DNA of 64,000 nucleotides from Eledone cirrhosa (GCA_964016885.1 OZ024763.1:23498001-23562000), one strand, 5' to 3'; counted from the stretch's first letter, positions 1 to 16,480 are shown. Made by a program: numbers and translations. The notes: a model not told the origin generated them from the letters alone.

Positions 1-3000
1 GAGGAAAGTGGATTAAGTCTACCCCAGTGTATTAGGCCAGTAGTTTGGTGGAGGAGGAAAGTGGATTAAGTCTACCCCAGTGTATTAGGCCAGTAGTTTG
101 GTGTAAGGTGAAAGTGGATTAAGTCTACCCCAGTGTATTAGGCCAGTAGTTTGGTGGAAGAGGAAAGTGGATTAAGTCTACCCCAGTGTATTAGGCCAGT
201 AGTTTGGTGGAGGAGGAAAGTGGATTAAGTCTACCCCAGTGTATTAGGCCAGTAGTTTGGTGGAGGAGGAAAGTGGATTAAGTCTACCCCAGTGTATTAG
301 GCCAGTAGTTTGGTGGAGGAGGAAAGTGGATTAAGTCTACCCCAGTGTATTAGGCCAGTAGTTTGGTGGAGGAGGAAAGTGGATTAAGTCTACCCCAGTG
401 TATTAGGCCAGTAGTTTGGTGGAGGAGGAAAGTGGATTAAGTCTACCCCAGTGTATTAGGCCAGTAGTTTGGTGGAAGGTGAAAGTGGATTAAGTCTACC
501 CCAGTGTATTAGGCCAGTAGTTTGGTGGAAGAGGAAAGTGGATTAAGTCTACCCCAGTGTATTAGGCCAGTAGTTTGGTGGAAGGTGAAAGTGGATTAAG
601 TCTACCCCAGTGTATTAGGCCAGTAGTTTGGTGTAAGGTGAAAGTGGATTAAGTCTACCCCAGTGTATTAGGCCAGTAGTTTGGTGGAAGAGGAAAGTGG
701 ATTAAGTCTACCCCAGTGTATTAGGCCAGTAGTTTGGTGGAGGAGGAAAGTGGATTAAGTCTACCCCAGTGTATTAGGCCAGTAGTTTGGTGGAGGAGGA
801 AAGTGGATTAACTCTACCCCAGTGTATTAGGCCAGTAGTTTGGTGGAGGAGGAAAGTGGATTAAGTCTACCCCAGTGTATTAGGCCAGTAGTTTGATGGA
901 AGGGGAAAGTGGATTAAGTCTACCCCAGTGTATTAGGCCAGTAGTTTGGTGGAGGAGGAAAGTGGATTAAGTCTACGCCAGTGTATTAGGCCAGTAGTTT
1001 GGTGGAAGAGGAAAGTGGATTAAGTCTACCCCAGTGTATTAGGCCAGTAGTTTGATGGAAGGGGAAAGTGGATTAAGTCTACCCCAGTGTATTAGGCGAT
1101 TAGTTTGGTGGAAGAGGAAAGTGGATTAAGTCTACCCCAGTGTATTAGGCCAGTAGTTTGGTGGAAGAGGAAAGTGGATTAAGTCTACCCCAGTGTATTA
1201 GGCCAGTAGTTTGGTGGAAGAGGAAAGTGGATTAAGTCTACCCCAGTGTATTAGGCCAGTAGTTTGATGGAAGGGGAAAGTGGATTAAGTCTACCCCAGT
1301 GTATTAGGCCAGTAGTTTGATGGAAGGTGAAAGTGGATTAAGTCTACCCCAGTGTATTAGGCCAGTAGTTTGATGGAAGGTGAAAGTGGATTAAGTCTAC
1401 CCTAGTGTATTAGGCCAGTAGTTTGATGGAAGGTGAAAGTGGATTAAGTCTACCCCAGTGTATTAGGCCAGTAGTTTGGTGGAAGGTGAAAGTGGAATAA
1501 GTCTACCCCAGTGCATTAGGCCAGTAGTTTGATGGAAGGTGAAAGTGGATTAAGTCTACCCCAGTGTATTAGGCCAGTAGTTTGATGGAAGGTGAAAGTG
1601 GATTAAGTCTACCCCAGTGAATTAGGCCAGTAGTTTGATGGAAGGGGAAAGTGGATTAAGTCTACCCCAGGGTATTAGGCCAGTAGTTTGATGGAAAGTG
1701 AAAGTGGATTAAGTCTACCCCAGTGAATTAGGCCAGTAGTTTGGTGGCAGAGGAAAGTGGATTAAGTCTACCCCAGTTATTAGGCCAGTAGTTTGATGGA
1801 AGGTGAAAGTGAATTAAGTCTACCCCAGTGTATTAGGCCAGTAGTTTGATGGAAGGTGAAAGTGGATTAAGTCTACCCCAGTGTATTAGGCCAGTAGTTT
1901 GATGGAAGGGGAAAGTGGATTAAGTCTACCCCAGTGTATTAGGCCAGTAGTTTGATGGAAGGTGAAAGTGGATTAAGTCTACCCCAGTGAATTAGGCCAG
2001 TAGTTTGGTGGCAGAGGAAAGTGGATTAAGTCTACCCCAGTGTATTAGGCCAGTAGTTTGATGGAAGGTGAAAGTGGATTAAGTCTACCCCAGTGTATTA
2101 GGCCAGTAGTTTGATGGAAGGTGAAAGTGGATTAAGTCTACCCCAGTGTATTAGGCCAGTAGTTTGATGGAAGGGGAAAGTGGATTAAGTCTACCCCAGT
2201 GTATTAGGCCAGTAGTTTGATGGAAGGTGAAAGTGGATTAAGTCTACCCCAGTGTATTAGGCCAGTAGTTTGATGGAAGGTGAAAGTGGATTAAGTCTAC
2301 CCCAGTGTATTAGGCCAGTAGTTTGATGGAAGGTGAAAGTGGATTAAGTCTACCCCAGTGAATTAGGCCAGTAGTTTGGTGGCAGAGGAAAGTGGATTAA
2401 GTCTACCCCAGTGTATTAGGCCAGTAGTTTGATGGAAGGTGAAAGTGGATTAAGTCTACCCCAGTGAATTAGGCCAGTAGTTTGATGGAAGGGGAAAGTG
2501 GATTAAGTCTACCCCAGGGTATTAGGCCAGTAGTTTGATGGAAGGTGAAAGTGGATTAAGTCTACCCCAGTGAATTAGGCCAGTAGTTTGGTGGCAGAGG
2601 AAAGTGGATTAAGTCTACCCCAGTGTATTAGGCCAGTAGTTTGATGGAAGGTGAAAGTGGATTAAGTCTACCCCAGTGTATTAGGCCAGTAGTTTGATGG
2701 AAGGTGAAAGTGGATTAAGTCTACCCCAGTGTATTAGGCCAGTAGTTTGATGGAAGGGGAAAGTGGATTAAGTCTACCCCAGTGTATTAGGCCAGTAGTT
2801 TGATGGAAGGTGAAAGTGGATTAAGTCTACCCCAGTGAATTAGGCCAGTAGTTTGGTGGCAGAGGAAAGTGGATTAAGTCTACCCCAGTGTATTAGGCCA
2901 GTAGTTTGATGGAAGGTGAAAGTGGATTAAGTCTACCCCAGTGTATTAGGCCAGTAGTTTGATGGAAGGTGAAAGTGGATTAAGTCTACCCCAGTGTATT

Positions 3001-6000
3001 AGGCCAGTAGTTTGATGGAAGGGGAAAGTGGATTAAGTCTACCCCAGTGTATTAGGCCAGTAGTTTGATGGAAGGTGAAAGTGGATTAAGTCTACCCCAG
3101 TGAATTAGGCCAGTAGTTTGGTGGCAGAGGAAAGTGGATTAAGTCTACCCCAGTGTATTAGGCCAGTAGTTTGATGGAAGGTGAAAGTTGATTAAGTCTA
3201 CCCCAGTGTATTAGGCCAGTAGTTTGATGGAAGGTGAAAGTGGATTAAGTCTACCCCAGTGAATTAGGCCAGTAGTTTGGTGGAAGAGGAAAGTGGATTA
3301 AGTCTACCCCAGTTTATTAGGCCAGTAGTTTGGTGGAAGAGGAAAGTGGATTAAGTCTACCCCAGTGTATTAGGCCAGTAGTTTGGTGGAAGGTGAAAGT
3401 GGATTAAGTCTACCCCAGTGTATTAGGCCAGTAGTTTGGTGGAAGAGGAAAGTGGATTAAGTCTACCCCAGTGTATTAGGCCAGTAGTTTGATGGAAGGG
3501 GAAAGTGGATTAAGTCTACCCCAGTGTATTAGGCCAGTAGTTTGATGGAAGGTGAAAGTGGATTAAGTCTACCCCAGTGTATTAGGCCAGTAGTTTGGTG
3601 GAAGAGGAAAGTGGATTAAGTCTACCCCAGTGAATTAGGCCAGTAGTTTGATGGAAGGTGAAAGTGGATTAAGTCTACCCCAGTGAATTAGGCCAGTAGT
3701 TTTGTGGAAGGGGAAAGTGGATTAAGTCTACCCCAGTGTATTAGGCCAGTAGTTTGATGGAAGAGGAAAGTGGATTAAGTCTACCCCAGTGTATTAGGAC
3801 AGTAGTTTGGTGGAAGAGGAAAGTGGATTAAGTCTACCCCAGTGTATTAGGCCAGCAGATTGATGGAAGAGGAAAGTGGATTAAGTCTACCCCAGTGTAT
3901 TAGGACAGTCGTTTGGTGGAAGAGGAAAGTGGATTAAGTCTACCCCAGTGTATTAGGCCAGTAGTTTGGTGGAAGAGGAAAGTGGATTAAGTCTACCCCA
4001 GTGTATTAGGCCAGCAGATTGATGGAAGAGGAAAGTGGATTAAGTCTACCCCAGTGTATTAGGACAGTAGTTTGGTGGAAGAGGAAAGTGGATTAAGTCT
4101 ACCCCAGTGTATTAGGCCAGTAGTTTGGTGGAAGAGGAAAGTGGATTAAGTCTACCCCAGTGTATTAGGCCAGTAGTTTGGTGGAAGAGGAAAGTGGATT
4201 AAGTCTACCCCAGTGTATTAGGCCAGTAGTTTGATGGAAGAGGAAAGTGGATTAAGTCTACCCCAGTGTATTAGGCCAGTAGTTTGGTGGAAGAGGAAAG
4301 TGGATTAAGTCTACCCCAGTGTATTAGGCCAGTAGTTTGGTGGAAGAGGAAAGTGAATTAAGTCTACCCCAGTGTATTAGGCCAGTAGTTTGGTGGAAGA
4401 GGAAAGTGGATTAAGTCTACCCCAGTGTATTAGGCCAGTAGTTTGGTGGAGGAGGAAAGTGGATTAAGTCTACCCCAGTGTATTAGGCCAGTAGTTTGGT
4501 GGAGGAGGAAAGTGGATTAAGTCTACCCCAGTGTATTAGGCCAGTAGTTTGGTGGAAGAGGAAAGTGGATTAAGTCTACCCCAGTGTATTAGGCCAGTAG
4601 TTTGATGGAAGAGGAAAGTGGATTAAGTCTACCCCAGTGTATTAGGCCAGTAGTTTGATGGAAGAGGAAAGTGGATTAAGTCTACCCCAGTGTATTAGGC
4701 CAGTAGTTTGATGGAAGAGGAAAGTGGATTAAGTCTACCCCAGTGTATTAGGCCAGTAGTTTGATGGAAGAGGAAAGTGGATTAAGTCTACCCCAGTGTA
4801 TTAGACCAGTAGTTTGGTGGAAGAGGAAAGTGGATTAAGTCTACCCCAGTGTATTAGGCCAGTAGTTTGGTGGAAGAGGAAAGTGGATTAAGTCTACCCC
4901 AGTGTATTAGGCCAGTAGTTTGATGGAAGGTGAAAGTGGATTAAGTCTACCCCAGTGTATTAGGCCAGTAGTTTGATGGAAGGTGAAAGTGGATTAAGTC
5001 TACCCCAGTGTATTAGGCCAGTAGTTTGGTGGAAGAGGAAAGTGGATTAAGTCTACCCCAGTGTATTAGGCCAGTAGTTTGGTGGAAGAGGAAAGTGGAT
5101 TAAGTCTACCCCAGTGTATTAGGCCAGTAGTTTGGTGGAAGAGGAAAGTGGATTAAGTCTACCCCAGTGTATTAGGCCAGTAGTTTGATGGAAGGTGAAA
5201 GTGGATTAAGTCTACCCCAGTGTATTAGGCCAGTAGTTTGATGGAAGGTGAAAGTGGATTAAGTCTACCCCAGTCTATTAGGCCAGTAGTTTGATGGAAG
5301 AGGAAAGTGGATTAAGTCTACCCCAGTGTATTAGGCCAGTAGTTTGGTGGAAGAGGAAAGTGGATTAAGTCTACCCCAGTGTATTAGGCCAGTAGTTTGG
5401 TGGAAGAGGAAAGTGGATTAAGTCTACCCCAGTGTATTAGGCCAGTAGTTTGGTGGAAGAGGAAAGTGGATTAAGTCTACCCCAGTGTATTAGGCCAGTA
5501 GTTTGATGGAAGGTGAAAGTGGATTAAGTCTACCCCAGTGTATTAGGCCAGTAGTTTGGTGGAAGAGGAAAGTGGATTAAGTCTACCCCAGTGTATTAGG
5601 CCAGTAGTTTGGTGGAAGAGGAAAGTGGATTAAGTCTACCCCAGTGTATTAGGCCAGTAGTTTGGTGGAAGAGGAAAGTGGATTAAGTCTACCCCAGTGT
5701 ATTAGGCCAGTAGTTTGATGGAAGGTGAAAGTGGATTAAGTCTACCCCAGTGTATTAGGCCAGTAGTTTGGTGGAAGAGGAAAGTGGATTAAGTCTACCC
5801 CAGTGTATTAGGCCAGTAGTTTGGTGGAAGAGGAAAGTGGATTAAGTCTACCCCAGTGTATTAGGCCAGTAGTTTGGTGGAAGAGGAAAGTGGATTAAGT
5901 CTACCCCAGTGTATTAGGCCAGTAGTTTGATGGAAGGTGAAAGTGGATTAAGTCTACCCCAGTGTATTAGGCCAGTAGTTTGATGGAAGGTGAAAGTGGA

Positions 6001-9000
6001 TTAAGTCTACCCCAGTCTATTAGGCCAGTAGTTTGATGGAAGAGGAAAGTGGATTAAGTCTACCCCAGTGTATTAGGCCAGTAGTTTGGTGGAAGAGGAA
6101 AGTGGATTAAGTCTACCCCAGTGTATTAGGCCAGTAGTTTGGTGGAAGAGGAAAGTGGATTAAGTCTACCCCAGTGTATTAGGCCAGTAGTTTGGTGGAA
6201 GGTGAAAGTGGATTAAGTCTACCCCAGTGTATTAGGCCAGTAGTTTGGTGGAAGAGGAAAGTGGATTAAGTCTACCCCAGTGTATTAGGCCAGTAGTTTG
6301 GTGGAAGGTGAAAGTGGATTAAGTCTACCCCAGTGTATTAGGCCAGTAGTTTGATGGAAGGTGAAAGTGGATTAAGTCTACCCCAGTGTATTAGGCCAGT
6401 AGTTTGGTGGAAGAGGAAAGTGGATTAAGTCTACCCCAGTGTATTAGGCCAGTAGTTTGGTAGAAGAGGAAAGTGGATTAAGTCTACCACAGTGTATTAG
6501 GCCAGTAGTTTGGTGGAAGAGGAAAGTGGATTAAGTCTACCCCAGTGTATTAGGCCAGTAGTTTGGTGGAAGAGGAAAGTGGATTAAGTCTACCCCAGTG
6601 TATTAGGCCAGTAGTTTGGTGGAAGAGGAAAGTGGATTAAGTCTACCCCAGTGTATTAGGCCAGTAGTTTGGTGGAAGAGGAAAGTGGATTAAGTCTACC
6701 CCAGTGTATTAGGCCAGTAGTTTGGTGGAAGAGGAAAGTGGATTAAGTCTACCCCAGTGTATTAGGCCAGTAGTTTGATGGAAGGGGAAAGTGGATTAAG
6801 TCTGCCCCAGTGTATTAGGCCAGTAGTTTGATGGAAGGTGAAAGTGGATTAAGTCTACCCCAGTGTATTAGGCCAGTAGTTTGATGGAAGGGGAAAGTGG
6901 ATTAAGTCTACCCCAGTGTATTAGGCCAGTAGTTTGATGGAAGGGGAAAGTGGATTAAGTCTACCCCAGTGTATTAGGCCAGTAGTTTGGTGGAAGAGGA
7001 AAGTGGATTAAGTCTACCCCAGTGTATTAGGCCAGTAGTTTGATGGAAGGGGAAAGTGGATTAAGTTTACCCCAGTGTATTAGGCCAGTAGTTTGGTGGA
7101 AGAGGAAAGTGGATTAAGTCTACCCCAGTGTATTAGGCCAGTAGTTTGATGGAAGAGAAAAGTGGATTAAGTCTACCCCAGTGTATTAGGCCAGTAGTTT
7201 GATGGAAGAGGAAAGTGGATTAAGTCTACCCCAGTGTATTAGGCCAGTAGTTTGATGGAAGAGGAAAGTGGATTAAGTCTACCCCAGTGTATTAGGCCAG
7301 TAGTTTGATGGAAGAGGAAAGTGGATTAAGTCTACCCCAGTGTATTAGGCCAGTAGTTTGGTGGAAGAGGAAAGTGGATTAAGTCTACCCCAGTGTATTA
7401 GGCCAGTAGATGGTGGAAGAGGAAAGTGGATTAAGTCTACCCCAGTGTATTAGGCCAGTAGTTTGGTGGAAGAGGAAAGTGGATTAAGTCTACCCCAGTG
7501 TATTAGGCCAGTAGTTTGATGGAAGGGGAAAGTGGATTAAGTCTACCCCAGTGTATTAGGCCAGTAGTTTGATGGAAGGGGAAAGTGGATTAAGTCTACC
7601 CCAGTGTATTAGGCCAGTAGTTTGGTGGAAGAGGAAAGTGGATTAAGTCTACCCCAGTGTATTAGGCCAGTAGTTTGATGGAAGGGGAAAGTGGATTAAG
7701 TCTACCCCAGTGTATTAGGCCAGTAGTTTGATGGAAGAGGAAAGTGGATTAAGTCTACCCCAGTGTATTAGGCCAGTAGTTTGGTGGAAGAGGAAGGTGG
7801 ATTAAGTCTACCCCAGTGTATTAGGCCAGTAGATGGTGGAAGAGGAAAGTGGATTAAGTCTACCCCAGTGTATTAGGCCAGTAGTTTGGTGGAAGAGGAA
7901 AGTGGATTAAGTCTACCCCAGTGTATTAGGCCAGTAGTTTGATGGAAGAGGAAAGTGGATTAAGTCTACCCCAGTGTATTAGGCCAGTAGTTTGGTGGAA
8001 GAGGAAAGTGGATTAAGTCTACCCCAGTGTATTAGGCCAGTAGTTTGGTGGAAGAGGAAAGTGAATTAAGTCTACCCCAGTGTATTAGGCCAGTAGTTTG
8101 GTGGAAGAGGAAAGTGGATTAAGTCTACCCCAGTGTATTAGGCCAGTAGTTTGATGGAAGAGGAAAGTGGATTAAGTCTACCCCAGTGTATTAGGCCAGT
8201 AGTTTGGTGGAAGAGGAAAGTGGATTAAGTCTACCCCAGTGTATTAGGCCAGTAGATGATGGAAGAGGAAAGTGGATTAAGTCTACCCCAGTGTATTAGG
8301 CCAGTAGTTTGGTGGAAGAGGAAAGTGGATTAAGTCTACCCCAGTGTATTAGGCCAGTAGTTTGATGGAAGAGGAAAGTGGATTAAGTCTACCCCAGTGT
8401 ATTAGGCCAGTAGTTTGGTGGAAGAGGAAAGTGAATTAAGTCTACCCCAGTGTATTAGGCCAGTAGTTTGGTGGAAGAGGAAAGTGGATTAAGTCTACCC
8501 CAGTGTATTAGGCCAGTAGTTTGATGGAAGAGGAAAGTGGATTAAGTCTACCCCAGTGTATTAGGCCAGTAGTTTGGTGGAAGAGGAAAGTGGATTAAGT
8601 CTACCCCAGTGTATTAGGCCAGTAGTTTGATGGAAGAGGAAAGTGGATTAAGTCTACCCCAGTGTATTAGGCCAGTAGTTTGATGGAAGAGGAAAGTGGA
8701 TTAAGTCTACCCCAGTGTATTAGGCCAGTAGTTTGGTGGAAGAGAAAAGTGGATTAAGTCTACCCCAGTGTATTAGGCCAGTAGATGGTGGAAGAGGAAA
8801 GTGGATTAAGTCTACCCCAGTGTATTAGGCCAGTAGTTTGGTGGAGGAGGAAAGTGGATTAAGTCTACCCCAGTGTATTAGGCCAGTAGTTTGATGGAAG
8901 GGGAAAGTGGATTAAGTCTACCCCAGTGTATTAGGCCAGTAGTTTGATGGAAGGGGAAAGTGGATTAAGTCTACCCCAGTGTATTAGGCCAGTAGTTTGG

Positions 9001-12000
9001 TGGAAGAGGAAAGTGGATTAAGTCTACCCCAGTGTATTAGGCCAGTAGTTTGATGGAAGGGGAAAGTGGATTAAGTCTACCCCAGTGTATTAGGCCAGTA
9101 GTTTGATGGAAGAGGAAAGTGGATTAAGTCTACCCCAGTGTATTAGGCCAGTAGTTTGGTGGAAGAGGAAAGTGGATTAAGTCTACCCCAGTGTATTAGG
9201 CCAGTAGATGGTGGAAGAGGAAAGTGGATTAAGTCTACCCCAGTGTATTAGGCCAGTAGTTTGGTGGAAGAGGAAAGTGGATTAAGTCTACCCCAGTGTA
9301 TTAGGCCAGTAGTTTGATGGAAGAGGAAAGTGGATTAAGTCTACCCCAGTGTATTAGGCCAGTAGTTTGGTGGAGGAGGAAAGTGGATTAAGTCTACCCC
9401 AGTGTATTAGGACAGTAGTTTGGTGTGATGGTGAAAGTGGATTAAGTCTACCCCAGTGTATTAGGCCAGTAGTTTGGTGGAAGAGGAAAGTGGATTAAGT
9501 CTACCCCAGTGTATTAGGCCAGTAGTTTGGTGGAAGAGGAAAGTGGATTAAGTCTACCCCAGTGTATTAGGCCAGTAGTTTGGTGGAGGAGGAAAGTGGA
9601 TTAAGTCTACCCCAGTGTATTAGGCCAGTAGTTTGGTGGAGGAGGAAAGTGGATTAAGTCTACCCCAGTGTATTAGGCCAGTAGTTTGGTGGAGGAGGAA
9701 AGTGGATTAAGTCTACCCCAGTGTATTAGGCCAGTAGTTTGATGGAAGAGGAAAGTGGATTAAGTCTACCCCAGTGTATTAGGCCAGTAGTTTGATGGAA
9801 GAGGAAAGTGGATTAAGTCTACCCCAGTGTATTAGGACAGTAGTTTGGTGTGATGGTGAAAGTGGATTAAGTCTACCCCAGTGTATTAGGCCAGTAGTTT
9901 GGTGGAAGAGGAAAGTGGATTAAGTCTACCCCAGTGTATTAGGCCAGTAGTTTGGTGGAGGAGGAAAGTGGATTAAGTCTACCCCAGTGTATTAGGCCAG
10001 TAGTTTGGTGGAGGAGGAAAGTGGATTAAGTCTACCCCAGTGTATTAGGCCAGTAGTTTGGTGGAGGAGGAAAGTGGATTAAGTCTACCCCAGTGTATTA
10101 GGCCAGTAGTTTGGTGGAGGAGGAAAGTGGATTAAGTCTACCCCAGTGTATTAGGCCAGTAGTTTGATGGAAGAGGAAAGTGGATTAAGTCTACCCCAGT
10201 GTATTAGGCCAGTAGTTTGGTGGAGGAGGAAAGTGGATTAAGTCTACCCCAGTGTATTAGGACAGTAGTTTGGTGTGATGGTGAAAGTGGATTAAGTCTA
10301 CCCCAGTGTATTAGGCCAGTAGTTTGGTGGAAGAGGAAAGTGGATTAAGTCTACCCCAGTGTATTAGGCCAGTAGTTTGGTGGAAGAGGAAAGTGGATTA
10401 AGTCTACCCCAGTGTATTAGGCCAGTAGTTTGGTGGAGGAGGAAAGTGGATTAAGTCTACCCCAGTGTATTAGGCCAGTAGTTTGGTGGAGGAGGAAAGT
10501 GGATTAAGTCTACCCCAGTGTATTAGGCCAGTAGTTTGGTGGAGGAGGAAAGTGGATTAAGTCTACCCCAGTGTATTAGGCCAGTAGTTTGGTGGAAGAG
10601 GAAAGTGGATTAAGTCTACCCCAGTGTATTAGGCCAGTAGTTTGATGGAAGGGGAAAGTGGATTAAGTCTACCCCAGTGTATTAGGCCAGTAGTTTGATG
10701 GAAGAGGAAAGTGGATTAAGTCTACCCCAGTGTATTAGGCCAGTAGTTTGGTGGAAGAGGAAAGTGGATTAAGTCTACCCCAGTGTATTAGGCCAGTAGT
10801 TTGATGGAAGGGGAAAGTGGATTAAGTCTACCCCAGTGTATTAGGCCAGTAGTTTGGTGGAAGAGGAAAGTGGATTAAGTCTACCCCAGTGTATTAGGCC
10901 AGTAGTTTGATGGAAGGGGAAAGTGGATTAAGTCTACCCCAGTGTATTAGGCCAGTAGTTTGGTGGAAGAGGAAAGTGGATTAAGTCTACCCCAGTGTAT
11001 TAGGCCAGTAGATGGTGGAAGAGGAAAGTGGATTAAGTCTACCCCAGTGTATTAGGCCAGTAGTTTGGTGGAAGAGGAAAGTGGATTAAGTCTACCCCAG
11101 TGTATTAGGCCAGTAGTTTGATGGAAGAGGAAAGTGGATTAAGTCTACCCCAGTGTATTAGGCCAGTAGTTTGGTGGAGGAGGAAAGTGGATTAAGTCTA
11201 CCCCAGTGTATTAGGCCAGTAGTTTGGTGGAGGAGGAAAGTGGATTAAGTCTACCCCAGTGTATTAGGCCAGTAGTTTGGTGGAGGAGGAAAGTGGATTA
11301 AGTCTACCCCAGTGTATTAGGCCAGTAGTTTGGTGGAGGAGGAAAGTGGATTAAGTCTACCCCAGTGTATTAGGCCAGTAGTTTGGTGGAGGAGGAAAGT
11401 GGATTAAGTCTACCCCAGTGTATTAGGCCAGTAGTTTGGTGGAGGAGGAAAGTGGATTAAGTCTACCCCAGTGTATTAGGCCAGTAGTTTGGTGGAGGAG
11501 GAAAGTGGATTAAGTCTACCCCAGTGTATTAGGCCAGTAGTTTGGTGGAGAGGAAAGTGGATTAAGTCTACCCCAGTGTATTAGGCCAGTAGTTTGGTGG
11601 AGGAGGAAAGTGGATTAAGTCTACCCCAGTGTATTAGGCCAGTAGTTTGGTGGAGGAGGAAAGTGGATTAAGTCTACCCCAGTGTATTAGGCCAGTAGTT
11701 TGGTGGAGGAGGAAAGTGGATTAAGTCTACCCCAGTGTATTAGGCCAGTAGTTTGGTGGAGGAGGAAAGTGGATTAAGTCTACCCAGTGTATTAGGCCAG
11801 TAGTTTGGTGGAGAGGAAAGTGGATTAAGTCTACCCCAGTGTATTAGGCCAGTAGTTTGGTGGAAGGGGAAAGTGGATTAAGTCTACCCCAGTGTATTAG
11901 GCCAGTAGTATGGTGGAGGAGGAAAGTGGATTAAGTCTACCCCAGTGTATTAGGCCAGTAGTTTGGTGGAAGAGGAAAGTGGATTAAGTCTACCCCAGTG

Positions 12001-13774
12001 TATTAGGCCAGTAGTATGGTGGAGGAGGAAAGTGGATTAAGTCTACCCCAGTGTATTAGGCCAGTAGTTTGGTGGAGGAGGAAAGTGGATTAAGTCTACC
12101 CCAGTGTATTAGGCCAGTAGTATGGTGGAGGAGGAAAGTGGATTAAGTCTACCCCAGTGTATTAGGCCAGTAGTTTGGTGGAAGAGGAAAGTGGATTAAG
12201 TCTACCCCAGTGTATTAGGCCAGTAGTATGGTGGAGGAGGAAAGTGGATTAAGTCTACCCCAGTGTATTAGGCCAGTAGTTTGGTGGAGGAGGAAAGTGG
12301 ATTAAGTCTACCCCAGTGTATTAGGCCAGTAGTATGGTGGAGGAGGAAAGTGGATTAAGTCTACCCCAGTGTATTAGGCCAGTAGTTTGGTGGAGGAGGA
12401 AAGTGGATTAAGTCTACCCCAGTGTATTAGGCCAGTAGTTTGGTGGAAGGGGAAAGTGGATTAAGTCTACCCCAGTGTATTAGGCCAGTAGTTTGGTGGA
12501 GGAGGAAAGTGGATTAAGTCTACCCCAGTGTATTAGGCCAGTAGTTTGGTGGAGGAGGAAAGTGGATTAAGTCTACCCCAGTGTATTAGGCCAGTAGTTT
12601 GGTGGAAGGAGGAAAGTGGATTAAGTCTACCCCAGTGTATTAGGCCAGTAGTTTGGTGGAGGAGGAAAGTGGATTAAGTCTACCCCAGTGTATTAGGCCA
12701 GTAGTTTGGTGGAAGGTGAAAGTGGATTAAGTCTACCCCAGTGTATTAGGCCAGTAGTTTGGTGGAAGGTGAAAGTGGATTAAGTCTACCCCAGTGTATT
12801 AGGCCAGTAGTTTGGTGGAGGAGGAAAGTGGATTAAGTCTACCCCAGTGTATTAGGCCAGTAGTTTGGTGGAAGGTGAAAGTGGATTAAGTCTACCCCAG
12901 TGTATTAGGCCAGTAGTTTGGTGGAGGAGGAAAGTGGATTAAGTCTACCCCAGTGTATTAGGCCAGTAGTTTGGTGGAGGAGGAAAGTGGATTAAGTCTA
13001 CCCCAGTGTATTAGGCCAGTAGTTTGGTGGAGGAGGAAAGTGGATTAAGTCTACCCCAGTGTATTAGGCCAGTAGTTTGGTGGAAGAGGAAAGTGGATTA
13101 AGTCTACCCCAGTGTATTAGGCCAGTAGTTTGGTGGAAGGTGAAAGTGGATTAAGTCTACCCCAGTGTATTAGGCCAGTAGTTTGGTGGAGGAGGAAAGT
13201 GGATTAAGTCTACCCCAGTGTATTAGGCCAGTAGTTTGGTGGAAGAGGAAAGTGGATTAAGTCTACCCCAGTGTATTAGGCAGTAGTTTGGTGGAAGGTG
13301 AAAGTGGATTAAGTCTACCCCAGTGTATTAGGCCAGTAGTTTGGTGGAGGAGGAAAGTGGATTAAGTCTACCCCAGTGTATTAGGCCAGTAGTTTGGTGG
13401 AGGAGGAAAGTGGATTAAGTCTACCCCAGTGTATTAGGCCAGTAGTTTGGTGGAGGAGGAAAGTGGATTAAGTCTACCCCAGTGTATTAGGCCAGTAGTT
13501 TGGTGGAGGAGGAAAGTGGATTAAGTCTACCCCAGTGTATTAGGCCAGTAGTTTGGTGGAAGAGGAAAGTGGATTAAGTCTACCCCAGTGTATTAGGCCA
13601 GTAGTTTGGTGAAGGTGAAAGTGGATTAAGTCTACCCCAGTGTATTAGGCCAGTAGTTTGGTGGAGGAGGAAAGTGGATTAAGTCTACCCCAGTGTATTA
13701 GGCCAGTAGTTTGGTGAGGAGGAAAGTGGATTAAGTCTACCCCAGTGTATTAGGCCAGTAGTTTGGTGGAGGAG
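1..13774. repeat. 53-bp tandem satellite, ~260 units; consensus GAGGAAAGTGGATTAAGTCTACCCCAGTGTATTAGGCCAGTAGTTTGGTGGA(G/A)
   Basis: Exact 53-bp period can be read from base 1. Variation is concentrated in the G(G/A)TGGA(A/G)G(A/G)(G/T)GAAA segment. The array runs off the window start and into the gap. Confidence 0.98.
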
Positions 13775-13974
13775 NNNNNNNNNNNNNNNNNNNNNNNNNN
13801 NNNNNNNNNNNNNNNNNNNNNNNNNNNNNNNNNNNNNNNNNNNNNNNNNNNNNNNNNNNNNNNNNNNNNNNNNNNNNNNNNNNNNNNNNNNNNNNNNNNN
13901 NNNNNNNNNNNNNNNNNNNNNNNNNNNNNNNNNNNNNNNNNNNNNNNNNNNNNNNNNNNNNNNNNNNNNNNNNN
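13775..13974. other. Assembly gap (200 N)
   Basis: Exactly 200 Ns, a fixed-size scaffolding gap. True distance and adjacency across it are unknown. Confidence 0.99.
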
Positions 13975-14046
13975 TTGCACAGAAATACCACCGAAAAATT
14001 AAAAGAAAATAAAGGTAATATATATATGAGGAAAAATTTGACGACA

Positions 14047-14122
14047 ATGATGGCGGTAATGGTGATGATGATGGTGGTGGTGGTGGTGGTGGTGGTATTA
14101 GTGGTCTTGATGATGATGATGA
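14047..14122. repeat. (ATG/GTG)n trinucleotide microsatellite
   Basis: atgatggcggtaatggtgatgatgatggtggtggtggtggtggtggtgg...gatgatgatgat. Confidence 0.85.
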
Positions 14123-14137
14123 TTTTGTTGGTGGGGA

Positions 14138-16480
<2,343 letters not shown>

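Noticed and set aside
1-13774. CRISPR-like array (constant repeat plus variable segment)
   Set aside because: The variable part is only a few recurrent point variants of one sequence, not unique spacers. There are no cas genes and the context is eukaryotic.
13774-13975. Biological junction between the 53-bp satellite and the island
   Set aside because: They are separated by a scaffold gap, so adjacency and distance cannot be established from the sequence.
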